A stretch of 11,768 bases of DNA from NCBI GenBank assembly GCA_043778225.1, contig JAYWGM010000106.1, positions 1 through 11,768 on the forward strand, in the 5' to 3' direction. Below the pieces are notes generated by a model. It was not told where the DNA came from and searched no databases. It saw only the letters and a list, made by a program, of their open reading frames with translations. The position numbers and the translations under genes are program-made. Source of the stretch: Deinococcales bacterium (GTDB lineage Bacteria; Deinococcota; Deinococci; Deinococcales; JAAFIG01). Positions 1 through 6,691 of the stretch are shown piece by piece (position 1 is the first letter of the stretch; every line of letters begins with the position of its first letter).

Positions 1-50
<50 letters not shown>

Positions 51-149
51 AGGAGTTCTCAAAGTTAGCTCGAGTCACCCGCAACGGTGATGCTCGAGAC
101 AACTGCTTATTGCACTCAAACATCAAGGAAAAACCTTGTTTGAATTATT

Positions 150-188
150 GTGCCTCGAGATTAATGTCTCGAGGTGCTTTTTTGTTTT
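150..188 (+). terminator. Intrinsic terminator of the 16S transcript
   Basis: Stem GTGCCTCGAGA (150-160) / TCTCGAGGTGC (167-177), 11 bp with two G-U pairs and a 6-nt loop, followed by TTTTTTGTTTT (178-188). It sits 2 nt from the stop of the convergent serine hydrolase gene. Confidence 0.85.
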
Positions 189-190
189 GG

Positions 191-1330
191 TTATTTCTGA
201 TTTTCTTTCAGAATTTTTAATGCAGCTTCTTGATAAGCAACAATGTCCTTAAACTCCGAGCTTTCCCCTTGTCCTAAACGCAAAATAACAGCCTTTAAGT
301 GCGGAATGACAAAGATGTATTGTCCTAAAATACCATTAAAAAAAGTCATCGGTTTGTTTTCCAATTGACCAAGCCAAAACTGATAGCCATAAAAATTAAC
401 TTCTTTGTTTTCGGCATCCCTGAGTGTTAGATTGGGCTTTGTGGCTTGTGCAAGATAAGAACTCGAGACAAGTTGTTGGTTTTGCCATTTCCCATTTTGT
501 AGCACCAGTTGCCCAAGTCTAGCAAAGTCTCTTGGGGTGCTGTTAAAGCAGCAGTTACCTTTAGTTGTGCCGTTATCTTTGTCTAAACTCCAAGTTGCGT
601 TTTGTTCTGCTCCGATGTTTTGCCAAATTTTTTCACTGGCATATTGGCTGAGTGTTTTGCCTGTGGCGGCTTCGAGTGCCATGCCTAAAATCTGTGTATC
701 GGCGCTCGAGTAATACCAAACACTGCCTGCTGGGTGTTTAACGGTTAAACCAGTGACAAGTTTGCGTAAATCGTCGCCGTAATAAAGTTCTGTGGTTGGC
801 GAAGCAATCGAATTATAGGATTCATCCCAAGCCAAACCCGAAGTCATGGTCAGCAGATGTCTCAGGGTGATACTGGCTTTTTTGCCCTCTTTGAATTCTG
901 GGATAAAATCTGCTACTACTTGGTCTAAGCTACGAATTTTACCCTCTTCTAAGGCAATCCCAACCAGCATACTGACAATACTTTTTGCCATCGAAAAGGA
1001 TGCACTGTAGGCTTTGGCGTTATGTCCAGCCCAGTAACGTTCGTAAAGTAACTCGCCATTTTGGATGACCAAATAAGCAACTGTTCCATAACTTTCGATG
1101 GTTTTCAGCAGAGGCTCTTCAAGTTTAGTTTTGTTGTAATTACTGGCTAATTGCCAAGGTTGTGGTCTGCCTGCTTGTACAATACGACTGGCAAAAATTT
1201 GATGATCTTCGATGCCCGGTTCTTGATAGCTGATGACATTTTGGGCAAATGGTGTGCAGGCATAGAGCAGCAAACCACCCAGAATGCTTAGGGTTGAATA
1301 ACCCAGACTTTTGAATAACTGTTGTTTCAT
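191..1330 (-). CDS. Serine hydrolase, beta-lactamase class C / NylB-like family, probable lipoprotein
   Basis: SxxK motif FSMAKS, LRHLLTMTSGL, YYSS (Y-x-N equivalent), RDFARLGQLVL and GILGQYIFVIP. The N-terminal signal MKQQLFKSLGYSTLSILGGLLLYAC ends in a lipobox-like LYAC. The start is ATG 1330 or ATG 1339 rather than TTG 1366. Confidence 0.88.
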   Translation of the reverse strand: MKQQLFKSLGYSTLSILGGLLLYACTPFAQNVISYQEPGIEDHQIFASRIVQAGRPQPWQLASNYNKTKLEEPLLKTIESYGTVAYLVIQNGELLYERYWAGHNAKAYSASFSMAKSIVSMLVGIALEEGKIRSLDQVVADFIPEFKEGKKASITLRHLLTMTSGLAWDESYNSIASPTTELYYGDDLRKLVTGLTVKHPAGSVWYYSSADTQILGMALEAATGKTLSQYASEKIWQNIGAEQNATWSLDKDNGTTKGNCCFNSTPRDFARLGQLVLQNGKWQNQQLVSSSYLAQATKPNLTLRDAENKEVNFYGYQFWLGQLENKPMTFFNGILGQYIFVIPHLKAVILRLGQGESSEFKDIVAYQEAALKILKENQK

Positions 1331-1379
1331 GTTCCTCATTTTCCTCGATACCACAAAAAATTGCAAGGGTTATAGGCTG

Positions 1380-1385
1380 TATACT
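1380..1385 (+). promoter_or_regulatory. -10 box TATACT, 6 nt before ATG 1392 (leaderless-type promoter)
   Basis: TATACT-ttactc-ATG matches the -10/ATG spacing typical of leaderless transcripts in Deinococcus-Thermus. Confidence 0.55.
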
Positions 1386-1391
1386 TTACTC

Positions 1392-1529
1392 ATGTTCACA
1401 ATCATTTTGGCGACAAAATTGTTTGTCCCACCAGTTCGTTCTGAGGCGTTTGTGGGTTCTCGGTTGCTCGAGTTACTTGATAATGGATTATCGCGCAAAT
1501 TAACACTGACCGATGGGCAAGGGAGATAA
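1392..1529 (+). pseudogene. Truncated N-terminal remnant of a MalT-like LuxR-family ATP-dependent regulator
   Basis: MFTIILATKLFVPPVRSEAFVGSRLLELLDNGLSRKLTLT matches the MalT-family N-terminus (lLaTKLxxPpxR...RpRLlexLxxgLxrKLTLisAPAGfGKT). It stops after 45 codons, where the Walker A motif should begin. Confidence 0.7.
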
Positions 1530-1588
1530 TCAACTTAGCAGCCTTCGAATATTCGTAGAAAACTAACCTATTCCAATCCTGCGATGAG

Positions 1589-2095
1589 CTAAATCAACTC
1601 GAGCCGCATATAAACCTCGGTCAACCTCTCGCCTTCATGGCGCAGTGCATCGGGTTCTTTCCCCCACTCGAGAAAGCCTAAAGATTGATACAAGGCTAGT
1701 GCAGGGGCATTATGCTCGGCTACTGCCAAAAGCAGCGTCTCGAGTCCATCTATGGCTTTGGCTTGAGAAATCAGTTGCTCGAGTAAGCGCCGAGCTAAGC
1801 CTTTCCCTCGGTAATTTGGGTGAATATACACACCAAAAATATCGGCTTTGTGCTTGGTTTTGATTCGGTTTGAACATTCGCAACGCGCCAAGCCAATCAA
1901 AGTATCCGAATCAAATACCCCAAGCCCAAAAGAGACGCTGCTCGAGAACATGATTTTGATGCTTTCTAAACTGCGGTTTTGTTCGTCCATCACGCTCGAG
2001 CCAAAAGCCCGAGGCGATTCGGTCATGGCAAACACCCGTAAGTCCTTGAAGGCTTGGGCATCGGCTGGCTCGAGCTTACGAATGATGACTGCCAT
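1589..2095 (-). CDS. GNAT family N-acetyltransferase
   Basis: IRKLEPADA start, acetyl-CoA motif A (VYIHPNYRGKGLARRLL) and motif B (NAPALALYQSLGF); 168 aa. Confidence 0.92.
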   Translation of the reverse strand: MAVIIRKLEPADAQAFKDLRVFAMTESPRAFGSSVMDEQNRSLESIKIMFSSSVSFGLGVFDSDTLIGLARCECSNRIKTKHKADIFGVYIHPNYRGKGLARRLLEQLISQAKAIDGLETLLLAVAEHNAPALALYQSLGFLEWGKEPDALRHEGERLTEVYMRLELI

Positions 2096-2149
2096 GGTTT
2101 GACCTTTTAACCTTTTGACCTTGGTTTGACCTTTTGACCTTTTAACCCT
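2096..2149. repeat. 8-bp-period tandem array (CCTTTTRA / AAAAGGTY) arranged as 2 x 27 bp
   Basis: 2096-2122 ggtttgaccttttaaccttttgacctt and 2123-2149 ggtttgaccttttgaccttttaaccct fill the whole cdsA-GNAT intergenic space. Confidence 0.9.
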
Positions 2150-3018
2150 TAACTAAACACTGCCACGCTTAAAAAATAATATGCCACAGGCAGCGCAAAC
2201 AAGAGGCTATCTATACGGTCGAGTAAGCCACCATGTCCGGGCAAAAATGTACCACTGTCTTTTGCACCAAGGCTGCGTTTAATCACACTTTCGGCAAGGT
2301 CGCCAAGTTGGGCGGCTGATGACACCAGTATTGCAAAAAGCCAGATTTCCCAAACGCGCACTTCGGGTATAAAACTGCGAATCGCTTCTTGCAGAATAAA
2401 AACCATCAAGGCACTAAACGCCAAGCCGCCAATTGCCCCCTCCAAGGTTTTACTGGGGCTGATTTCTGGAGCGAGTTTGCGCTTGCCAAATAAACCACCA
2501 AAAATATATGCCCCAGTGTCGGAGGCATATGCGCCAACGGCGGCAATGATAGCGTACCAAAAACCAAGTACACCATTTGGGTAATAACGCAGCAACAAGC
2601 CAAACGACAGTAAAAACGGGATATACAGCATTCCAAATAAACTGGTCATGATTCGCTCGAGTGGGCGCTCGGATGGGCGCACAACCTCAACAATCATTAC
2701 CCACATCACATATGCCCACATCACGATTTCACGCCACGGGATTTTGGCGGGAATAAACCAGATGCCATCGCGTAGCCATGGCTGGCTGGCAAGCAGCATC
2801 AGCATCGCAAAAACATAGACACTGCGTCCGCCAACGGCTAATCCAGCTTTGCGAGCCATGTTGCGAAATTCGTATAAGCCGACACTGACTGCCACAGCAA
2901 TCATCAGGGTCAGGGTAATCCAACCAGCCCAAGTACAGACCACGACTGTGCCAAAGGCAATCAGTGACCAGAAAAGTCGTTGCGGTAAAGTGCTAAATGC
3001 ACCAGATTTGGCTGCCAT
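2149..3018 (-). CDS. cdsA: Phosphatidate cytidylyltransferase (CDP-diacylglycerol synthase)
   Basis: Multi-pass membrane protein with SDTGAYIFG, KLAPEISPSKTLEG, GDLAESVIKR and KDSGTFLPGHGGLLDRIDS. The likely start is ATG 3018 (MAAKSG...), preceded by TGgTAATCT, rather than TTG 3108. Confidence 0.95.
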   Translation of the reverse strand: MAAKSGAFSTLPQRLFWSLIAFGTVVVCTWAGWITLTLMIAVAVSVGLYEFRNMARKAGLAVGGRSVYVFAMLMLLASQPWLRDGIWFIPAKIPWREIVMWAYVMWVMIVEVVRPSERPLERIMTSLFGMLYIPFLLSFGLLLRYYPNGVLGFWYAIIAAVGAYASDTGAYIFGGLFGKRKLAPEISPSKTLEGAIGGLAFSALMVFILQEAIRSFIPEVRVWEIWLFAILVSSAAQLGDLAESVIKRSLGAKDSGTFLPGHGGLLDRIDSLLFALPVAYYFLSVAVFS

Positions 3019-3118
3019 AAGGTAAGAGATTACCACTGAACGGCTTCTGAGGCGAACTGTGCCATGGTTTGTTCTGGCTCGAGTTGGTCGGTTTACAAAA
3101 ATTATCAAAAGATTTATA

Positions 3119-3149
3119 AGATTTACTATTTTGTAAAAGTAGTGAATCT
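3119..3149. promoter_or_regulatory. Imperfect inverted repeat in the AT-rich divergent promoter region (candidate operator)
   Basis: AGATTTACTA-TTTTGTAAAAG-TAGTGAATCT has 10-bp arms with 1 mismatch and inner TTTT/AAAA symmetry. Confidence 0.4.
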
Positions 3150-3234
3150 ACTCAGAACTATTTTAATATATCGTTTTAGACAAGATAAATTGAGTTTTTA
3201 GGCTTTTTCTACCTAAATTTTTTATTGTAGCTTC

Positions 3235-3263
3235 TTGACAAATTTGAAAATATAAGTAAAGAT
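3235..3263 (+). promoter_or_regulatory. Candidate sigma70-type promoter for the SHOCT/DUF2089 operon
   Basis: Perfect TTGACA (3235-3240), a 17-nt spacer and a weak -10 AAAGAT (3258-3263). SD AAGGAG at 3291-3296 precedes ATG 3304. Confidence 0.5.
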
Positions 3264-3303
3264 ACTGCATAAGTTTTATAAATTATTGCCAAGGAGAAAA
3301 ATC

Positions 3304-4758
3304 ATGAGTCAGCAAAGCCGTATCCTCGAGTTGGTCGAAAAAGGCGCAATCACCCCCGAGCAAGCCCAAGAACTTTTTTCGGCACTCGAGACCAAAATCC
3401 AAGCCGAAGAACCGCAAGATTACGCCTTGCCTCGAGTTCCACCTGTTCCCCCAATGCCCCCAGTCCCACCTGTTCCGCCAATGCCTCGAATCCCGAGCGC
3501 CAAAAGTGGCAGACCACTGAATACGGGTGGGCTGAGTTTTGAGCAGATTGTGCAGATGGGGCAGATGGGCATCAAACCCGATTATGTCAGTCAGTTACAT
3601 CAGGCTGGACTCGAGCAATTGTCTTTCCAAGAAGTGCTGGCGCTTGGTACACATGGCATCAAGCCCAATTTTGTGCGTGAAATGTTTGACCTTGCCAAAG
3701 AACACGAAGCGGTCAAACTGACTTTTCAAGAAATTTTATCGTTCGGAATCCATGGTATCCAACCTAATTTTATCCGTGAGATGTACGAAATTGCGGCACA
3801 GACCAATCAGCGTCTTTCTTTTGCCCAAGTGCTGACTTTTGGGATTCATGGTGTTTCCTCGAGTTATATCCGCGAGATGTACGAACTGGCAAACGAATTT
3901 GGTGTAGCACAGCTTTCTTTTGAACGAATTGTTCACTTGCGAAATTCTGGTATCAGCCCAGACTATGTGCGGCAAATGCTGATGAGTGGAATGCTCGACC
4001 TCGAAAGCCTGACTGCCCCAAGTCGCCGCAACCGTGACCTTGAGCGTGAGCAACGCCAAGTGGCGCGAGAACAACGCGAACGCGAACGTGAAAAACGCGA
4101 AGCAATGCGCGAACTGAGCGAAAAACAAGAAGAAATAAGCGAAAAACAAGCCGAAATAAGCGAACAGCAACGTGAAGTGGCACGGCAACAGCGCGAAATT
4201 GCCAAGCTCGAAGCCAAGCGCCAACGGGTCAAGGTTCAACTCGAGCAAACCACCAAAACCGAAAAGCGTAGCGAACTCGAGGAGCAAATAGAAGAACTCG
4301 ATGATGAAATTTCGGATGCTGAGGACGAACTTGAGGAGGCTCAGGAAGCAGCTGAAGAACTCGAGGAAGAATTATCAGAGCTACACCAAGAACTCGAGGA
4401 GGCGCGGGCAGAAATCGAAACTGAATATGAACAAAATAATGAACAAGTCTCGATTGAAATAGACTCGAGTCTAGGACAAAAAATCAAGGGAAACATCAAA
4501 GCGGCTGTCACGATGCTGTCCACGCTGATTAAACCAAGCACGCCAGTCATGCCCGAAATGCCCGAACCCATAAGCAGCGCCTATGATTTTCAAGAACAAC
4601 TTGCCACGCTTGAGCCAGCCGCCAGAAAAGAAGCGCTTGAAGAGCGCCTTGCGGACAGCAACGCCGCCTTAGGTGTAACCCAAGAAGTGGCTGAACGCCA
4701 AAACCTCCAGGACTTGATTTCGCAATTACAAGCCGAACTCGGTAAACTCGAGGCATGA
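3304..4758 (+). CDS. Uncharacterised protein: N-terminal SHOCT-like domain, Pro-rich linker, five ~32-aa helical repeats, long acidic coiled coil
   Basis: RILELVEKGAITPEQAQELFSALE is SHOCT-like (YvlB/LiaX N-terminal type). It is followed by a PPVPPMP linker, repeats LSFxxIxxxGxxGIxPxY/FVREM and a Glu/Arg-rich coiled coil (~4024-4440). The SD supports ATG 3304. Confidence 0.85.
   Translation: MSQQSRILELVEKGAITPEQAQELFSALETKIQAEEPQDYALPRVPPVPPMPPVPPVPPMPRIPSAKSGRPLNTGGLSFEQIVQMGQMGIKPDYVSQLHQAGLEQLSFQEVLALGTHGIKPNFVREMFDLAKEHEAVKLTFQEILSFGIHGIQPNFIREMYEIAAQTNQRLSFAQVLTFGIHGVSSSYIREMYELANEFGVAQLSFERIVHLRNSGISPDYVRQMLMSGMLDLESLTAPSRRNRDLEREQRQVAREQREREREKREAMRELSEKQEEISEKQAEISEQQREVARQQREIAKLEAKRQRVKVQLEQTTKTEKRSELEEQIEELDDEISDAEDELEEAQEAAEELEEELSELHQELEEARAEIETEYEQNNEQVSIEIDSSLGQKIKGNIKAAVTMLSTLIKPSTPVMPEMPEPISSAYDFQEQLATLEPAARKEALEERLADSNAALGVTQEVAERQNLQDLISQLQAELGKLEA
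3436..3489 (+). repeat. 27-bp tandem duplication encoding the Pro-rich linker VPPVPPMP(P/R)
   Basis: gttccacctgttcccccaatgccccca / gtcccacctgttccgccaatgcctcga. Confidence 0.8.
3532..3990 (+). repeat. Five tandem protein repeats of 29-33 aa
   Basis: Units start at 3532 (LSFEQIVQMGQMGIKPDYVSQL), 3619 (LSFQEVLALGTHGIKPNFVREM), 3718 (LTFQEILSFGIHGIQPNFIREM), 3814 (LSFAQVLTFGIHGVSSSYIREM) and 3913 (LSFERIVHLRNSGISPDYVRQM). Confidence 0.9.
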
Positions 4759-5123
4759 ATAAATACCCGCTCATGACCAAAGACCCAATTACCGGCGAAG
4801 AATTGGTTGTCACTCGGCTCGAGAATAAACAGCGTGGACTTGTTTTAGAAGGCGAATTTGCTTTTGGCTGGATTGGTAAACTGACCTACGAACAACTCGA
4901 GTTCGCAGGATTACTGCTGCGTTTTCGTGGCAATGTCCAACGCCTTTCTGAAAGCCTCGGGGTCAGTTATAACACCGCCAGAGCCAGACTCGATGCCATT
5001 GTCGAAAGCCTAGGCGATGCTGACCCACAGACCAGCGACGATGTTTTAAGCCAACTCGAGCGCGGCGAACTGAGTTTCCAAGAAGCCCTCACACAGATTA
5101 AGGGGAAAAGGGGAAAAGGTTAA
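4755..5123 (+). CDS. DUF2089 family protein (HTH plus C-terminal SHOCT-like; putative transcription regulator)
   Basis: LVVTRL...EGEF N-terminal part, LTYEQLEF...RGNVQRLSESLGVSYNTARARLDAIVESLG HTH, and DVLSQLERGELSFQEAL SHOCT-like tail. It overlaps the upstream gene by ATGA. Confidence 0.88.
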   Translation: MNKYPLMTKDPITGEELVVTRLENKQRGLVLEGEFAFGWIGKLTYEQLEFAGLLLRFRGNVQRLSESLGVSYNTARARLDAIVESLGDADPQTSDDVLSQLERGELSFQEALTQIKGKRGKG

Positions 5124-5184
5124 AAGGTTAAAACAATAACTTTTGCCCTTTTTAGCCTTTGCCCTTTTAACCTTCGCCCTTAAC
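5100..5184. repeat. Bipartite 8-bp-period array: purine arm then pyrimidine arm (hairpin-forming)
   Basis: aagggg-aaaagggg-aaaaggtt-aaaaggtt-aaaa, spacer caataac, then ttttgccc-tttttagcc-tttgccc-ttttaacc-ttcgccc-ttaac. Confidence 0.85.
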
Positions 5185-5202
5185 TGGTAAACTTCTTGGG
5201 CT

Positions 5203-5661
5203 ATGGCAGACATAACCCCATTATTGACCCTTGAAACCCTTTCGGCATACCTCAAAAAGCGCGATGTCAATCATGAAATCGAGCAGCAGGAACAGAATCG
5301 TTTTATTCGTATGAACTGGAAATTTGAAATGGGCGATGCTGGCGTTATTTTAAGCCTCAACGATGCCCAAGGTGGCACGAGCCGCCTCGAGATTACCTGC
5401 GTGACCCATAACCAGTACCGTGGTCGTCGGGCGCAAGTGGTCGAGATGCTCAATGTCCGCAACCGTGAACGGGCTTTTACCCGCAGCATGGACGAAGACG
5501 GCAATATGTTCCTCGAGTATATTGGTTTTTACCCATCGTTTATGCCATTCCCAGAAGAGCTTTTTGAAACCATTTTTGGTGGCGCACTGGTGCATTTCCA
5601 AGACGATTACGCGACCCTCGAGGGTGTTCCAAGCCCAGCCGCCGCCCAAGCCCAAGCATGA
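5203..5661 (+). CDS. YbjN-domain protein (DR1245-like, type III secretion chaperone-like fold)
   Basis: [54 protein letters not shown] and [11 protein letters not shown] closely resemble the Deinococcus YbjN-like protein DR1245 as I recall it. Confidence 0.8.
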   Translation: MADITPLLTLETLSAYLKKRDVNHEIEQQEQNRFIRMNWKFEMGDAGVILSLNDAQGGTSRLEITCVTHNQYRGRRAQVVEMLNVRNRERAFTRSMDEDGNMFLEYIGFYPSFMPFPEELFETIFGGALVHFQDDYATLEGVPSPAAAQAQA

Positions 5662-5668
5662 GGAGCAT

Positions 5669-5745
5669 AGGTTAAAAGGTAAAAGGGTTAAAAGGTTAAA
5701 AGTTATTTTTCCTTTTTTCCTTTTTCCCTTTTTCCCTTTTTCCCT
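5669..5745. repeat. Bipartite 8-bp-period array: purine arm then pyrimidine arm (hairpin-forming)
   Basis: aggtt-aaaaggt-aaaagggtt-aaaaggtt-aaaagtta then tttttcct-tttttcct-ttttccct-ttttccct-ttttccct, ending 2 nt before ATG 5748. Confidence 0.88.
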
Positions 5746-5747
5746 GA

Positions 5748-6149
5748 ATGACCCTAGACCATATTGGCATTGCCACGCCCGACCTCGAGTTGGGCAGTCT
5801 GCCTTATCTTGCCATGGGTTTGGTTGCCTTGCCCGATGAAGAAGTGAGTGGGCAAAAGGTGATGGTTCGGGCTTTTCAAGCCAAAGACAGCCTGATTGAA
5901 TTATTGATGCCTACTGACCCGAGCAGCCCAATTGCGGTTTTCCTCGAGAAACGTGGGGCTGGAATGCACCATCTTGCCTTTCGGGTCGAACATCTCGAGA
6001 CCGAAATTTTACGGCTCGAGGCGCAAGGTGCAGTTTTTATTAACAAAGAACCTCGAGTTGGGCGGGCGGGTACTCGGGTGGTGTTTTTGCATCCAAAATG
6101 GAGCGCTGGCACATTGATTGAATTGGTCGAGCATCGCTTTGTAGATTGA
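5748..6149 (+). CDS. mce: Methylmalonyl-CoA epimerase (VOC family)
   Basis: LDHIGIA, E.V..QKV, IELLMP...SPIAVFLEKRGAGMHHLAF and FLHPK..GTLIELVE, with the metal ligands H/E/H/E. Confidence 0.9.
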   Translation: MTLDHIGIATPDLELGSLPYLAMGLVALPDEEVSGQKVMVRAFQAKDSLIELLMPTDPSSPIAVFLEKRGAGMHHLAFRVEHLETEILRLEAQGAVFINKEPRVGRAGTRVVFLHPKWSAGTLIELVEHRFVD

Positions 6150-6176
6150 ATTGCTGTCTGATACAATAAAATTAGA

Positions 6177-6602
6177 GTGAAACGCGCCTATGTCAAACTC
6201 GGCTGGTGGTTACTCGCGTTTATTCACGTCGGGTTAATCTGGTCGTTCTCGAGTCGGTCGGGGAGCGAAGTTGGTTTACCGCCGCCTTACGATAAAGCGG
6301 CACATTTTTTTAGTTTTGCCCTACTTGGTTTTTTATTTGCTAAAGCCTTTGGGCAGGCGCGTCTTGGTTTTTTGCTGGCAGCGCTTTATGGCGTTATTGA
6401 TGAAATCCACCAGAGTTTTGTACCATTGCGCGATGCCAGTTTTTGGGATTGGTTGGCGGATGTGCTCGGGGCATATTTTGGGGCTGGCAGCGCTCCTCAA
6501 GCCAAAAGCGTGATGCAGACCAAGCAAGCTACTGAACCGCCCAAACCTCGAGAACTCGAGCAAATGAAAGAAAAGAAGAAAATAGGTATCACAAAGTCAT
6601 GA
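6177..6602 (+). CDS. VanZ family membrane protein
   Basis: DKAAHFFSFALLG and YGVIDEIHQSFVPLRDASFWDWLADVLG. GTG start preceded by TGaTACAAT (6159-6167). Confidence 0.88.
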   Translation: MKRAYVKLGWWLLAFIHVGLIWSFSSRSGSEVGLPPPYDKAAHFFSFALLGFLFAKAFGQARLGFLLAALYGVIDEIHQSFVPLRDASFWDWLADVLGAYFGAGSAPQAKSVMQTKQATEPPKPRELEQMKEKKKIGITKS

Positions 6603-6691
6603 TTCTGGCGGTATAAAATACAAGACTCGAGCCAGACTGCTTGATGCCACAATCAGCATTTCAGCCGCGTCTGTGATGACAGGTCAGTAAA

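Noticed and set aside
60..145. Possible tRNA in the 16S trailer
   Set aside because: Only simple hairpins are present (69-98, 116-143), with no cloverleaf, TTC-loop or CCA.
3019..3108. Upstream extension of cdsA from TTG 3108
   Set aside because: It is basic, non-homologous sequence with no SD; ATG 3018 with an extended -10 is preferred.
3736..4813. Several antisense ORFs (3736-4287, 3953-4183, 3963-4232, 4341-4571, 4547-4813)
   Set aside because: They are shadows of the low-complexity coiled-coil gene and show no family motifs.
6603..6691. Terminator between the convergent vanZ and dipeptidase genes
   Set aside because: Only weak bulged stems (e.g. tgcttgat/atcagca) are present, with no U-tract, so it cannot be supported.
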